Positions 47,277-57,126 are shown, numbered from the stretch's first letter. The stretch: 64,000 nucleotides of DNA from Elusimicrobiota bacterium (GCA_042563375.1 JBHPMF010000001.1:11007-75006); one strand, 5' to 3'. A program made the numbers and translations. The notes: generated from the sequence alone by a model not told the origin.

Positions 47277-49787
47277 TTATAAGATACTGCCAATTGTGAA
47301 GTAGAATTGGCTTCTTTCTTCTCCGGGAGCATGATGCAGCCCCCAGCCCCAATCCAGCCTGACAGGAAATGCAGGAGTCTTGAATCGTATGCCGAATCCA
47401 ATGCCAGCTTTGAGGTTATAAAGCCTGGTGCCGAAATTCAAATTCACAGATCTGCTTGAGCTCCAGGCTCCGCCAAAATCACAGAATAATGCGCCCTGGA
47501 TGATCGTGACCCTTCTTTCCATGAGAAGCGGGATCTTATACTCAAAATTCCCCACCATGTAGGCTTTTCCTCCGCCGGGAGGCCCGATCTGACCGCTGTA
47601 TGAGTATCCCCTTACTGTTTCAGCCCCTCCCACAAAGAAACGGTCTGAAACAAACACATCCTTGCTCTTGCCGAATTCCTTGACAACGCCGAGTCTTAGT
47701 GCGGATGAGAACACGAACTGGTATTTTCCGATGGCGAATGTCGGCACATGGATGGCATGAAGCGTGGTAGGCTTGACAAAATGCACATTGCCGCCGAATG
47801 GTCCTCCGGCTATTTCAATATTGACTGTTTGCTCGGTTCCCCTTGTGGGATTAAAACGATAATCTCTTGTATCATAGCTTGCGCGCAGATCAACCGAGGA
47901 ACGGGTGGTCCTGCTCTCTTGGATCTCGTTTTTATAATATTCAAGCACATCATATATCTCATCCCTTTGAAGGGTGTAGCCGACCCCGAATATCCACACA
48001 TCATCTTCTGATCTGGGAGACAGGAATATCCTGCCGCCCCTTGATCTCTTCTTGAATGCTGTCGTGTTTGACGCGTATTGAAGCGATCGGTTCGTGTCGA
48101 AAAGGGACAGAGACGTCGACATCCTGCGGTTTAATGTCCACGGTGTGGTCCAGGTGACATCGTAGCTTTGTCTTCGTTTCCCGAATTCAGTGGAAAGATT
48201 GACTCGTTGCGCTCTGCCGAGTAGATTGAGGTGCTGGAGGCTTATGGTGCCCACTACGCCGTCAACCGATGAAAACCCTGCTCCGGCAGTAAGCATGCCG
48301 GGTCTTCCTTCTTTTAGATCGAATATAAGATCAACGTACTTTGGATTCGCGGTTGGGTCGTATTTAAAATCAAAATCCTCGAAGAAACCCAAATTGAATA
48401 TTTTCTCCTGACTCCTCCTGAGTTTTGCTGAATTAAAAAGATCTCCTTCTTTTAAAAGGATTTCGCGCCTGACCACGTATTCCTTTGTTTTGACAAGGCC
48501 CTCAATGTAGATATCCCCGATATAGACCTTATGATGTTCAGCTATGTCAAACACCAAGACCACGCCTTGCGCGCCTTGCCACTCCTTTTTTATGGCGATA
48601 TCCGCGAAAAGGTAGCCTTTCTCATAGTAGGCCTCGAATATTTTCCCTCTTGCCTGGTCAAGCTGGGATTGTTTCAGGATCTTTTTTACTCTTAAGTTTG
48701 CGAGCTTCTTGAGTTTTTCCGATGATATGACAAGATTGCCCGTGAATCTTATGCCTGTGAGATAGTGCCTTTTCCCCTCATCAGCTGTGTATATGAGCTT
48801 CACTGCGATTTCCTTGTCAGTGTCAAGCTCTTTTATTGAATCGCTTGAGATGTTCACATGGAAATCCAGCCATCCATGCTCCTTATATAAACTTTCGATC
48901 TTTTTCTTGCCCTTGAAGATCTTCTTGAAATTGAATCGTTTGCCTTTCTTTGTTTTAAGGCGTTTCCTGATCTTTTTTTCCTTGTAGCTTTTGAATCCTA
49001 TGAGGCTGATTTCGCGGATTTTGGCTCGCTTTCCTTCGATAATGTCAAGATGCAGGTCTACTTTACGTTTTTTGGGACGTTCCACTCTTCTTAAGGTGAC
49101 GCTTGAGCCGAATATGGCTTTTTCCTCGTATTTATCCTGAACATCGACCAGGGCTTGCGCGAGTTTGTGTTCATCCAGGTATGCTCCTGATTCAACCTCG
49201 GTTTTCAGTTTCTTCCATTGGGAGCTTGATCCAAGGGCATAATCTTTTTCATCTCTTTCATCACTTCTGCTCGGGGACAGCGCGTCGCGGATGGCGCTTT
49301 TTGAAAGACCTTTATTGCCGTGTACCTTGATCTTCCCTATCAATGGCTTTTCCTTGAGGTTGAATGTGACATCAAGGTAATGGTTTCCTTTTAGGGTTAG
49401 GGTTGAAACCTCGATATCAACATTCTCAAAAACGCCGATATCCATGAGTCTTTTGATGTCCTTGGAGGCAAGGGACTTGTCAAAAACATCTCCTTCGCGC
49501 GTCTTGATCTGCGAGCGCAGCAGGTTCTCCTTTATGTTCCTTAATCCGCGGATCCGGAATTTCCTGATGATAAGAGTGTCAATGTCAGATCCGGATTCTT
49601 TATTGATGAGTTCAGTGATCTTTTCTTCGCCATAAACCGCCTGAAGATTTTCTTCGGGGGTCGTTGCGCTGATGGTTTCCGTGGATTTGATCGATGGAAC
49701 AGTCGAGCTCGTTGTCTCGATCGCGTGCATATAAGGCGAGTAAGCAGTAAGCAACAGGATGAATATAAAAATATTTGGATTATTCAC
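47277..49787 (-). CDS. bamA: Outer membrane protein assembly factor BamA (apparent GTG start)
   Basis: Signal peptide, POTRA-like repeats, and a C-terminal 16-strand beta-barrel ending in an aromatic residue (..FTIGSIL-like terminus GSIL). Confidence 0.85.
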   Translation of the reverse strand: MNNPNIFIFILLLTAYSPYMHAIETTSSTVPSIKSTETISATTPEENLQAVYGEEKITELINKESGSDIDTLIIRKFRIRGLRNIKENLLRSQIKTREGDVFDKSLASKDIKRLMDIGVFENVDIEVSTLTLKGNHYLDVTFNLKEKPLIGKIKVHGNKGLSKSAIRDALSPSRSDERDEKDYALGSSSQWKKLKTEVESGAYLDEHKLAQALVDVQDKYEEKAIFGSSVTLRRVERPKKRKVDLHLDIIEGKRAKIREISLIGFKSYKEKKIRKRLKTKKGKRFNFKKIFKGKKKIESLYKEHGWLDFHVNISSDSIKELDTDKEIAVKLIYTADEGKRHYLTGIRFTGNLVISSEKLKKLANLRVKKILKQSQLDQARGKIFEAYYEKGYLFADIAIKKEWQGAQGVVLVFDIAEHHKVYIGDIYIEGLVKTKEYVVRREILLKEGDLFNSAKLRRSQEKIFNLGFFEDFDFKYDPTANPKYVDLIFDLKEGRPGMLTAGAGFSSVDGVVGTISLQHLNLLGRAQRVNLSTEFGKRRQSYDVTWTTPWTLNRRMSTSLSLFDTNRSLQYASNTTAFKKRSRGGRIFLSPRSEDDVWIFGVGYTLQRDEIYDVLEYYKNEIQESRTTRSSVDLRASYDTRDYRFNPTRGTEQTVNIEIAGGPFGGNVHFVKPTTLHAIHVPTFAIGKYQFVFSSALRLGVVKEFGKSKDVFVSDRFFVGGAETVRGYSYSGQIGPPGGGKAYMVGNFEYKIPLLMERRVTIIQGALFCDFGGAWSSSRSVNLNFGTRLYNLKAGIGFGIRFKTPAFPVRLDWGWGLHHAPGEERSQFYFTIGSIL

Positions 49788-49822
49788 TGTGCTTCAGGAA
49801 GACAGGGGTTATAGATCCGGAT

Positions 49823-49887
49823 GGATCCCGAAACAAGTTCGGGATGAATATAATACGTCTCCAATAGGGGACGCATTATATTCATTT
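49823..49887 (-). repeat. Copy 2 of the TGA-embedded double-hairpin element (clpC stop to bamA start)
   Basis: ggatcccgaaacaagttcgggatgaatataatacgtctccaataggggacgcattatattcattt. Confidence 0.7.
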
Positions 49888-52428
49888 TTCTTTCTTTGAT
49901 GTTCCAATCTTGCCTGGGAATGGATTCGGGCTGAAAATAAGTTTCTTTTCTTTCTCGTCAATGTCCACGTGTATGGTGTCGTTTCGCTTGAATTTCTTGG
50001 ACAGTATCTCCTCGACAAGCGGATCTTCAAGATTCTTCTGGATCGTGCGCAGAAGGGGCCTTGCCCCGTAGTTCGGATCGAATCCGGTTTGCACAAGAAA
50101 GTCTTTTGCTTCCGGGGTAAGGTCGAACTGGAAATTCTGCTCCTTGAGCTTTGCAATGGATTTCTTAAGCGCGAGTTCCAGGATCAGCCTCATATGATCC
50201 TGATTAAGAGGGTGGAAGACGATGAGTTCATCGACCCTGTTGAGAAACTCCGGATTAAATACCCTTTTGACTTCTTCCATCACGATTTCTTTCATTTTCT
50301 GGTAATCTTTTGATTCGCGGACTTCTTCATCAGAGATGAAACCCAATGATTTGCCTTTTGAGATGAGTCTTGCCCCGACATTGGAAGTCATGATCACGAC
50401 TGTATTTTTAAAACTTACTTTTCTGCCGAGACTGTCTGTCAGAGAGCCTTCATCCATGATCTGGAGCAGGATATTGAAAACATCCGGATGCGCTTTTTCG
50501 ATCTCATCAAGGAGCACAACGGAGTATGGTTTTCTTTTTACAGCTTCGCTGAGCTGTCCGCCTTCTTCATATCCGACATATCCCGGAGGAGCTCCTATTA
50601 ACCGTGAGACATTGAATTTTTCCATGTATTCTGACATGTCCAGCCTTACGATCTGTTCTTCATTGTTGAACATGTATTCAGCCAAGGTTCTTGCGAGCTC
50701 TGTTTTGCCGACCCCGGTCGGCCCAAGAAACACAAAGCTTCCGATCGGCCGCTTTGGATCCTTCAGACCGGTTCTGCTCCTTCTTATGGCTTGTGAGACC
50801 GCTTTGATCGCCTCATCTTGGCCTATCATGCGATTGTGAAGCTCTTCTTCCATGTGCAGGAGCTTTTCTTCCTCACTTTCAGTGAGTTTAACAACGGGTA
50901 TTCCGGTCCACTTGGAGACAATGAGCGATATGTCATCAGATGTAATGACAGGGGTCTCGCTTTCCCTGGTTTGCTTCCATTTCTTCTTCATGTCCTCAAT
51001 GGTTTTCCTGAGTTCCCGCTCCTTATCCCTCAACTTGGCTGCTTTTTCGTAGTCCTGGGTGGCTATCGCCTCATTTTTAGAGTTAACGATACCTGCAAGT
51101 TCTTCTTCCTTTTCCTTAATAGAGAGCGGAGGCTGGTTTGAGGAGAGCTTTGCTCTTGATCCTGCTTCATCAAGCAGATCTATGGCTTTGTCAGGAAGGA
51201 ACCTGTCTGAGATGTATCTGTCGGAAAGATTCGCCGCTGACCGGATAGCATCATCATCATATTTGATCTTATGATGTTGTTCGTATTTTTCCTTGATGCC
51301 GTTTAAAATATCAATTGTCTGGTCCACTGTGGGCGGATCGACCATCACAGGTTGAAAACGTCTTTCAAGAGCTGCGTCGTGTTCTATGTGTTTCCTGAAT
51401 TCATCTATGGTTGTTGCGCCTATGCATTGCAGTTCCCCGCGGGCTAACGGCGGCTTTAAAATATTAGCGGCGTCTATCGCGCCTTCAGCTGCGCCCGCTC
51501 CGATCACAGTGTGGAGCTCGTCAATGAACAGGATAATGGCGTTTTTCGCTTTTCTTATTTCCTCGATTATGTTTTTAAGTCTTTGTTCGAATTCACCGCG
51601 GTACTTTGTGCCTGCCACGACTGCAGCCAGGTCCATCGTTACAACGCGTTTATTGGCCAGAAGTTCAGGAGCATCGCCTGTTGCGATCTTTTGGGCCAGG
51701 GCTTCGACTACAGCTGTTTTCCCCACCCCGGGTTCGCCTATCAGAACAGGATTGTTTTTTGTTCTTCTGGAGAGGATCTGTATCACCCTCTCTATCTCAT
51801 TCTGTCTGTTAACAACAGGATCGAGTTTTTGTTCTCTTGCCAGTTGTGTTAGATCCCTTCCAAATTCATCCAGGGTTGGGGTTTTTGATTTGCCCTTTGC
51901 TGCTGGTCCGCCTGAGGGGCCTCCCTGCTGGCGGCCTGTTTCTTTGGCTTCGGATTCACCAAGGAGGTTTAAGACCTCTTCTCTGACGACTTCAAGGCGG
52001 ATACCGAGGTTTTCAAGGACTCTGGCAGCGACTCCTTCTTCTTCCCTGATAAGGCCAAGAAGGATATGTTCTGTCCCAACATAGGTGTGCCCCATTTTCT
52101 GGGCTTCTTCAACAGCGAGTTCCAGGACTTTTTTAGCGCGTGGAGTGAATGGGATTTCACCCAGCTGCATGATATTATCCCCGGCTCCCACGATCTTCTC
52201 TATCTCAGCCCTGACCCGTTTTAAGTCAACTCCGAGATTAGCCAGTACTTGGGCTGCAACGCCTTCATTTAAGGCAACAAGGCCTAAGAGTACGTGCTCA
52301 GTGCCCACATAATCGTGATTAAGGCGTTTTGCCTCTTCCTGAGCGATTAAAATCGCCCTTTGGGCTCTTTCTGAAAAACGGTTATAGAACATTGCCATGG
52401 TGCATAATCCTCCGAGTCCATTATACAA
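49882..52428 (-). CDS. clpC: AAA+ chaperone ClpC (Clp_N repeats, two NBDs, short M-domain with UVR-like motif)
   Basis: Two Clp_N repeats. Walker A GEPGVGKT and GPTGVGKT. The M-domain carries the DYEKAAKLRDKE UVR-type motif and is too short for ClpB. Confidence 0.85.
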   Translation of the reverse strand: MYNGLGGLCTMAMFYNRFSERAQRAILIAQEEAKRLNHDYVGTEHVLLGLVALNEGVAAQVLANLGVDLKRVRAEIEKIVGAGDNIMQLGEIPFTPRAKKVLELAVEEAQKMGHTYVGTEHILLGLIREEEGVAARVLENLGIRLEVVREEVLNLLGESEAKETGRQQGGPSGGPAAKGKSKTPTLDEFGRDLTQLAREQKLDPVVNRQNEIERVIQILSRRTKNNPVLIGEPGVGKTAVVEALAQKIATGDAPELLANKRVVTMDLAAVVAGTKYRGEFEQRLKNIIEEIRKAKNAIILFIDELHTVIGAGAAEGAIDAANILKPPLARGELQCIGATTIDEFRKHIEHDAALERRFQPVMVDPPTVDQTIDILNGIKEKYEQHHKIKYDDDAIRSAANLSDRYISDRFLPDKAIDLLDEAGSRAKLSSNQPPLSIKEKEEELAGIVNSKNEAIATQDYEKAAKLRDKERELRKTIEDMKKKWKQTRESETPVITSDDISLIVSKWTGIPVVKLTESEEEKLLHMEEELHNRMIGQDEAIKAVSQAIRRSRTGLKDPKRPIGSFVFLGPTGVGKTELARTLAEYMFNNEEQIVRLDMSEYMEKFNVSRLIGAPPGYVGYEEGGQLSEAVKRKPYSVVLLDEIEKAHPDVFNILLQIMDEGSLTDSLGRKVSFKNTVVIMTSNVGARLISKGKSLGFISDEEVRESKDYQKMKEIVMEEVKRVFNPEFLNRVDELIVFHPLNQDHMRLILELALKKSIAKLKEQNFQFDLTPEAKDFLVQTGFDPNYGARPLLRTIQKNLEDPLVEEILSKKFKRNDTIHVDIDEKEKKLIFSPNPFPGKIGTSKKEK

Positions 52429-52599
52429 ACTACGAAATAAGTAATGGATGCAAAAGGAAAAATACGGAAATCTCTTAGATAGGGTTTGATATAGATTATT
52501 AGGGACTAAATGCCAAATGATTTAATGCGAGTAAGGACCATTCTTGCTTGTGATTATACGTATATGTTCGTGTTGATACGCAATGTTGATTCCCGGGTA

Positions 52600-53445
52600 T
52601 TATAGTTCGAATTCCTCGATGATCTCATCGGCGTAATCTTCATAGATGGATGATCTAAAGGTTTCGAGCAGGATTTCGTATGTCTTTGTTTGGATCTCGC
52701 TCCTGCATGCTATATCATCAGACTTAGCTCCGCTGATTTCTGCGTTATCAGTAATGTTATTGAGATAGTTTGATCTGGCGCACGCGTTAGGAGGTTTTTG
52801 TTTTAGCTCCATCATCTTATTGTGCACGCCTCGGCCCGCTTCGAATCCGTTTAAGGGGTTCAAATAGAACTTACCACAATAATCATCGCAATCAGCGCCC
52901 TTTCGCGGTTCAAGGATGTTGGCATTACTATGCGAAAAAGCTTTTATGAATTTACATTTATCTTCTCTATCTAGAGCGCCACATATGGCGTTTCTCATGG
53001 TCATTCGGTGTAGATTCAGGACGTTTATCCGCAGTTCTTCCATATTTGCAGGAGACATCTCTTTCCCATTGCCATCTGCGAAATATACCGCGTTTTTTGT
53101 CTGGCCATCCACAGTCCTGTCGCATATCATGAGCATAGTGGCGCTTTGCAGCGCAGCATCGACGTATTGAGCATATGATACGCTCATGTCAGCGTTGAGC
53201 ACTTGGTCGAATATTTCGTCATAACCATGACCTGGCCCCCACACTAAAATGCCCCATACTGAGTTGTCACGATTTATATCGGGTTTATTCGGGTCATCGT
53301 ATGCCATATTCTCAGTGTGCATGGTCCTACACTCTGTGTCACCCTCTTGTTCAGCGTAAATCGTGGTTATAGAGCTAATTGTTAATGACAATACCAAGGT
53401 ACATATTAAGGTTTTGATTTTCATTTTCCTGTCCCCCTTATCCAT
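52600..53445 (-). CDS. Hypothetical secreted Cys-rich protein (probable start MKIKTL at about 53424)
   Basis: Signal peptide MKIKTLICTLVLSLTISSITTIYA and about 12 Cys. No recognisable family. It is AT-richer than its neighbours. Confidence 0.5.
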   Translation of the reverse strand: MDKGDRKMKIKTLICTLVLSLTISSITTIYAEQEGDTECRTMHTENMAYDDPNKPDINRDNSVWGILVWGPGHGYDEIFDQVLNADMSVSYAQYVDAALQSATMLMICDRTVDGQTKNAVYFADGNGKEMSPANMEELRINVLNLHRMTMRNAICGALDREDKCKFIKAFSHSNANILEPRKGADCDDYCGKFYLNPLNGFEAGRGVHNKMMELKQKPPNACARSNYLNNITDNAEISGAKSDDIACRSEIQTKTYEILLETFRSSIYEDYADEIIEEFEL

Positions 53446-53505
53446 AAAAACTGCTTCATATATAGTGTTGCGGGAAAACTCTTTTATGTCAAGGGGCAGC
53501 TTTAT

Positions 53506-54561
53506 TTAGGAGAGAATTTTACGTATAAGGTCAGCGCGTGAGATGTCTCGTTCCTGAGGGCTGAGTTCTTCGCCTGCCGCGATCTGGATGTGAGCCGGCT
53601 GAGTAAGGATCAGGACTTCATTTAATTTGGCGAAATTAAGCTTGTCAAATCTGATGTTATTTGAGAGCCCGAGTCTTAAAAGTGAGAGTTCCTGCATGCT
53701 CTCTTTGTAGCTGATGAGTCTGGCATTGGACAATGTCCCATAAGCTCTCCATATCTTGTCATGGAGATTAATGTGCTTTGGTCCTTTAAATATCGCATCC
53801 CTGATTTTAGCGTCATGATTGATCACATTTTTCAATATTCCTGTCATGATGTCTGTGAATTCAGTCTCGCTTTTTCCAAGGCTTGTTGCATTTGATATCT
53901 GGAAAAGATCCCCGAACACTTGTGATCCTTCCCCGTAGAATCCTCTGGCGACAAGGCCAAGACGGCTTAGATTCCTCAAGACGGCTTCAGTCTCTTTTGC
54001 AAGCCCTATCGAAGGAAGGTGGATCAATGCGCTTGCTCTCATCCCTGTTCCAAGATTCGTGGGACAGCTCGCAAGAAACCCGAAATCATCCCTGTAAGCA
54101 AAAGCGAGCTCTTTGCCAAGAGCCGCGTCAATGTCAATGGCGGTTTTTAGCGCATGGGTCAAGTTGAGTCCGGGCGCTATGACCTGAATGCGCAAATGAT
54201 CTTCTTCATTGACCATTATGCTTATGGTTTCCTTGTTCCCGATGAATACTGCCCTGTTCTGAGGATTCTGCGCAAGGTCAGCGCTTATCAGGTGGCGCTC
54301 TACCAGGAACCGGGCATCTGTCTGGCTTATTTCCCCGAGCTGTACATAAGCGAGCCTTGATATTTCCTTGGCTTTGCGCACAGCTTCAGATACCTGGGCA
54401 AGCACTGCCTTGAGCTCCTGGGAAGATGCTTTGTGCGGAAATCTGGAAAAAGCCAGGTTTCTGGCAAATCTGATCCTTGATGCCACCACATTCTCCGCGT
54501 TTGAGCCTTTGGCATCCAGCCATCCGATCTGGTTTTTGAGGAGATTTGTTAATTGGAACAT
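53506..54561 (-). CDS. mcsB: Protein arginine kinase McsB (ATP:guanido phosphotransferase family)
   Basis: Phosphagen-kinase C-terminal catalytic domain (CPTNLGTGMRAS). Adjacent to mcsA. Confidence 0.85.
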   Translation of the reverse strand: MFQLTNLLKNQIGWLDAKGSNAENVVASRIRFARNLAFSRFPHKASSQELKAVLAQVSEAVRKAKEISRLAYVQLGEISQTDARFLVERHLISADLAQNPQNRAVFIGNKETISIMVNEEDHLRIQVIAPGLNLTHALKTAIDIDAALGKELAFAYRDDFGFLASCPTNLGTGMRASALIHLPSIGLAKETEAVLRNLSRLGLVARGFYGEGSQVFGDLFQISNATSLGKSETEFTDIMTGILKNVINHDAKIRDAIFKGPKHINLHDKIWRAYGTLSNARLISYKESMQELSLLRLGLSNNIRFDKLNFAKLNEVLILTQPAHIQIAAGEELSPQERDISRADLIRKILS

Positions 54562-54566
54562 TTTAT

Positions 54567-54673
54567 ACGTAAGACGTGAAGCGTAAGACGTGAGAAGTTC
54601 GGCAGAAAACAGAATTCAGGATTTTTTCTTTTTTTGCTTTTAACATCTTGCGTCTTACGTCTCACGTTTTACG
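54567..54673. repeat. Family 1 heptamer hairpin site D. Its loop shares cagaaaacagaattcag with site A. The right arm supplies the ..VKRET* end of McsA.
   Basis: acgtaagacgtgaagcgtaagacgtgagaagt / acatcttgcgtcttacgtctcacgttttacg. Stop TAA at 54655-54657. Confidence 0.75.
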
Positions 54674-55020
54674 ATCTCCTTGATCTTGTCGCGAAGGATG
54701 GCGGCTTTTTCGTATGCTTCCTTTTTTATGGCTTCCGAGAGGTCTGATTTGAGTTTTTTAAGATCCTCTTTTGGAGCTGTTTTTTTAGCTCTTGGATCCG
54801 CTATCTTGCTTGGAGAATATGAGATCCCTGTATGTTTTGAGCTGCCGTGTATTTTTTTCACTACCTCCTGCATAAGCTTATGAAAAGTGTCATAACACTG
54901 TGCGCATCCCACAAAACCGGTTTCCTTAAAAGCAGTGTATGTTGTAGCGCAGTTGGGGCATTTGAGCACCGGGGGCTTGCTTGCTGGCCTGTGATAGGTT
55001 CCGGAGGCCGCTCCCGGCAT
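54655..55020 (-). CDS. mcsA: McsA-like activator of protein arginine kinase (zinc finger plus UVR motif)
   Basis: CPNC...CAQC zinc ribbon and C-terminal EAYEKAAILRDKIKEI UVR-type motif. The frame stays open upstream to the ilvE stop and includes another CPDC. Confidence 0.6.
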   Translation of the reverse strand: MPGAASGTYHRPASKPPVLKCPNCATTYTAFKETGFVGCAQCYDTFHKLMQEVVKKIHGSSKHTGISYSPSKIADPRAKKTAPKEDLKKLKSDLSEAIKKEAYEKAAILRDKIKEIVKRET

Positions 55021-55209
55021 AAGATTGCCGATGATATCAGGAAGATTGAATCCGGGCGTTTCAGAAGGGTCGAATGCAAAGCCTTTGACAAGGCCCTGCT
55101 CGCTGGCGCAGTCCGGGCAAAGGTTTAGATTCAGGATTTCCGAGCCTGACTGGCCCTGAAAATGTATGGTGGCTTTATTCTTGCCGCAGGATTGACAGAT
55201 CGCTATTGT

Positions 55210-56250
55210 TTAGACCTCTGACTTTTCGTAAACCGGTGTTCCTGTGGAGTTGACAAGGTCAGCGTAGAGTTCCCTGATCTTGTAAGTGATCGGGCCTTGC
55301 TTTCCCTTGCCGATCTTCCTGCTGTCGATCTCCGTGACGCCTATTATCTCAGCGCCTGTTCCCGTAACGAACACTTCCTTCGCGTTGTATAAGTCAGGAA
55401 GGGTGAATGGTTCCTCGCGCAAAGTCATCTGAAGCTTGGTTTGGATAAGCTCGATAACGCAAGCGCGCGTGATCCCCGGAAGGATCCCGATCCAGGTCGG
55501 AGTTGTGCGGATCTCGTTGTCTCCTACAAGAAATATATTATCTCCTGAACATTCTGACACGTGTCCTTCAGTTGTAAGAAGTATTGCTTCAGCTGCTCCT
55601 GCGCGCGTAGCTTCCGCTCTTGCCATGACATTGTTCAGGTAATTGAGTGATTTTATGCTCGGAGAGAGGCACTGTCCCGGAACGCGCCTCAAAGAACTTG
55701 TTATGACTTTTAAACCCTTTTCGTAATTGCCTGCAGGGTAAAGCTCTATTTTATCCGCTATTACGATAACTGTTGGTTTTTCACACTTGCGGATATCCAA
55801 TCCCAGGTCGCCGACACCGCGCGTGACCAAAACGCGGATATAACCGTCTTTGAGCTGATTGTTTTTTACGGTAGTAAGGATTATTTTCTCGATCTCCTCA
55901 AAAGTGTAGGGGATATCAAGCATGATGCCTTTTGCGCTCGCGAATAACCTCTCGACATGCTCGCTTAATTTGAACACGCGTCCGTTATAAGCCCTGATTC
56001 CCTCAAAGATGCCGTCTCCGTAAAGCAATCCATGATCGAATGTTGATATCTTGGCGTCTTTTTTATCAAGCCACTTTCCGTCAATGAATATTTTCATATC
56101 TTTACCTCGTTTCTCCATTTTATATTTTGAATCAGTGTTATTGGTAGCGGGCAGATCATCGGTTCGCTCAAGGATTCCAACGCAAGAATCTTTTCTGTTC
56201 ATTTTTTCTCCTTCTCCGATCAAAAACTCGGCCTTTAGGCCGGAGAGCAT
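55210..56250 (-). CDS. ilvE: Branched-chain amino acid aminotransferase. Likely true start MKIFIDGKW at 56097, with RBS ggagaaacgaggt upstream.
   Basis: Fold-type IV PLP enzyme with the E(G)xxxxxR-type motifs of IlvE. The listed N-terminal 51 aa overlap a terminator hairpin. Confidence 0.85.
   Translation of the reverse strand: MLSGLKAEFLIGEGEKMNRKDSCVGILERTDDLPATNNTDSKYKMEKRGKDMKIFIDGKWLDKKDAKISTFDHGLLYGDGIFEGIRAYNGRVFKLSEHVERLFASAKGIMLDIPYTFEEIEKIILTTVKNNQLKDGYIRVLVTRGVGDLGLDIRKCEKPTVIVIADKIELYPAGNYEKGLKVITSSLRRVPGQCLSPSIKSLNYLNNVMARAEATRAGAAEAILLTTEGHVSECSGDNIFLVGDNEIRTTPTWIGILPGITRACVIELIQTKLQMTLREEPFTLPDLYNAKEVFVTGTGAEIIGVTEIDSRKIGKGKQGPITYKIRELYADLVNSTGTPVYEKSEV
56226..56250 (-). terminator. 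Intrinsic terminator-like hairpin (cggcc-taaa-ggccg followed by aGTTTTT on the minus strand) after the lolD 3' element and before the probable ilvE start
   Basis: Read directly from the sequence. Confidence 0.45.
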
Positions 56251-56266
56251 GCTTTATGCAGGCTCT

Positions 56267-56330
56267 GGATCCCGAATCAAGTTCGGGATGAATATAACGC
56301 GTCTCCGGCAGGGGACGTGTTATATTCATT
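56267..56330 (-). repeat. Copy 3 of the TGA-embedded double-hairpin element (lolD stop)
   Basis: ggatcccgaatcaagttcgggatgaatataacgcgtctccggcaggggacgtgttatattcatt. Confidence 0.7.
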
Positions 56331-56997
56331 TTTCCTCCAGGATGCCGTTTTTCAGCTCAAGCACCCTATCTGCCATTTTAGCAATATCAAGATTGTGGGT
56401 CACTAGCACAGCGCTTAGTTTTTTACGCGCCATTGAGACAAAATCACCCGCTATTTGTCTGGCATTTTTTGGATCCAGGTTTCCCGTGGGTTCATCAGCC
56501 AGAAGTATCCTCGGGGCTCCGACCAGGGCTTTGGCAAGATTGGCCCTGGTGAGTTCTCCGCTTGAGAATTCCCTTGGATAGCGGTTTAAAAGGCTTTCTA
56601 TACCGAGTTGCCGGCATATCTCCTGCGCTTTTTGAGATGAATCATTATTATTGTTTTTTATCATGGCAACAAGGTCAAGGTTCTCCATAAGGTTCAATTC
56701 TTCGATCAAGCTGTCGAATTGAAATAAAAATCCTATCTCTTTCTGTCTTATCAAGTCCTTGGAAGTCTCTGATATTTTTTCAGTGGATTGCGAGAAAATG
56801 CTCAAACTTCCGCTGTCAGAGAGATCCATGAGCCCCAGGATATTAAGAAGTGTTGATTTTCCGGAACCGCTTGGGCCTACGATCGCCACGATCTCACCTA
56901 CACTGATCTCAAGATTCGCGCCTGTCAGCACGTCAAGTTTTTTGCCTCCGGGCTGGGCGAAGGACTTGTGTATATCGCGTGCTATGATCGCTTTCAT
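56326..56997 (-). CDS. lolD: ABC transporter ATP-binding protein, LolD/MacB type
   Basis: Walker A GPSGSGKST, signature SSGE(L), Walker B LLADEPTGNLD. Paired with an FtsX-family permease. Confidence 0.75.
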   Translation of the reverse strand: MKAIIARDIHKSFAQPGGKKLDVLTGANLEISVGEIVAIVGPSGSGKSTLLNILGLMDLSDSGSLSIFSQSTEKISETSKDLIRQKEIGFLFQFDSLIEELNLMENLDLVAMIKNNNNDSSQKAQEICRQLGIESLLNRYPREFSSGELTRANLAKALVGAPRILLADEPTGNLDPKNARQIAGDFVSMARKKLSAVLVTHNLDIAKMADRVLELKNGILEEK

Positions 56998-57002
56998 AAA
57001 TC

Positions 57003-57125
57003 ACACGTGAAACGTAAGACGTGAGACGTGAGAAGCAAGAAGCGTGAAACATGAAGTGGAATCTTGGATTTATTTCTTGGTTTTGATTTAAACATTTCAC
57101 GTCTCACATCTAACGTTTTACGCTG
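57003..57125. repeat. Family 1 heptamer hairpin site E, ending 1 nt before the stop of the lolC/E-like gene
   Basis: cacgtgaaacgtaagacgtgagacgtgagaagcaagaagcgtgaaacatgaagtg / acatttcacgtctcacatctaacgttttacgctg. Confidence 0.75.
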
Positions 57126-57126
57126 T

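Noticed and set aside
51386-52084. 232-aa plus-strand ORF inside clpC
   Set aside because: Antisense to the strongly supported clpC. Its composition mirrors the Ala/Ser-rich reverse frame.
49882-52428. Calling the AAA+ chaperone ClpB
   Set aside because: The middle domain is short (about 60 aa) and carries the UVR-type DYEKAAKLRDKE motif typical of ClpC. A ClpB M-domain is about 120 aa. The McsAB context also fits ClpC.
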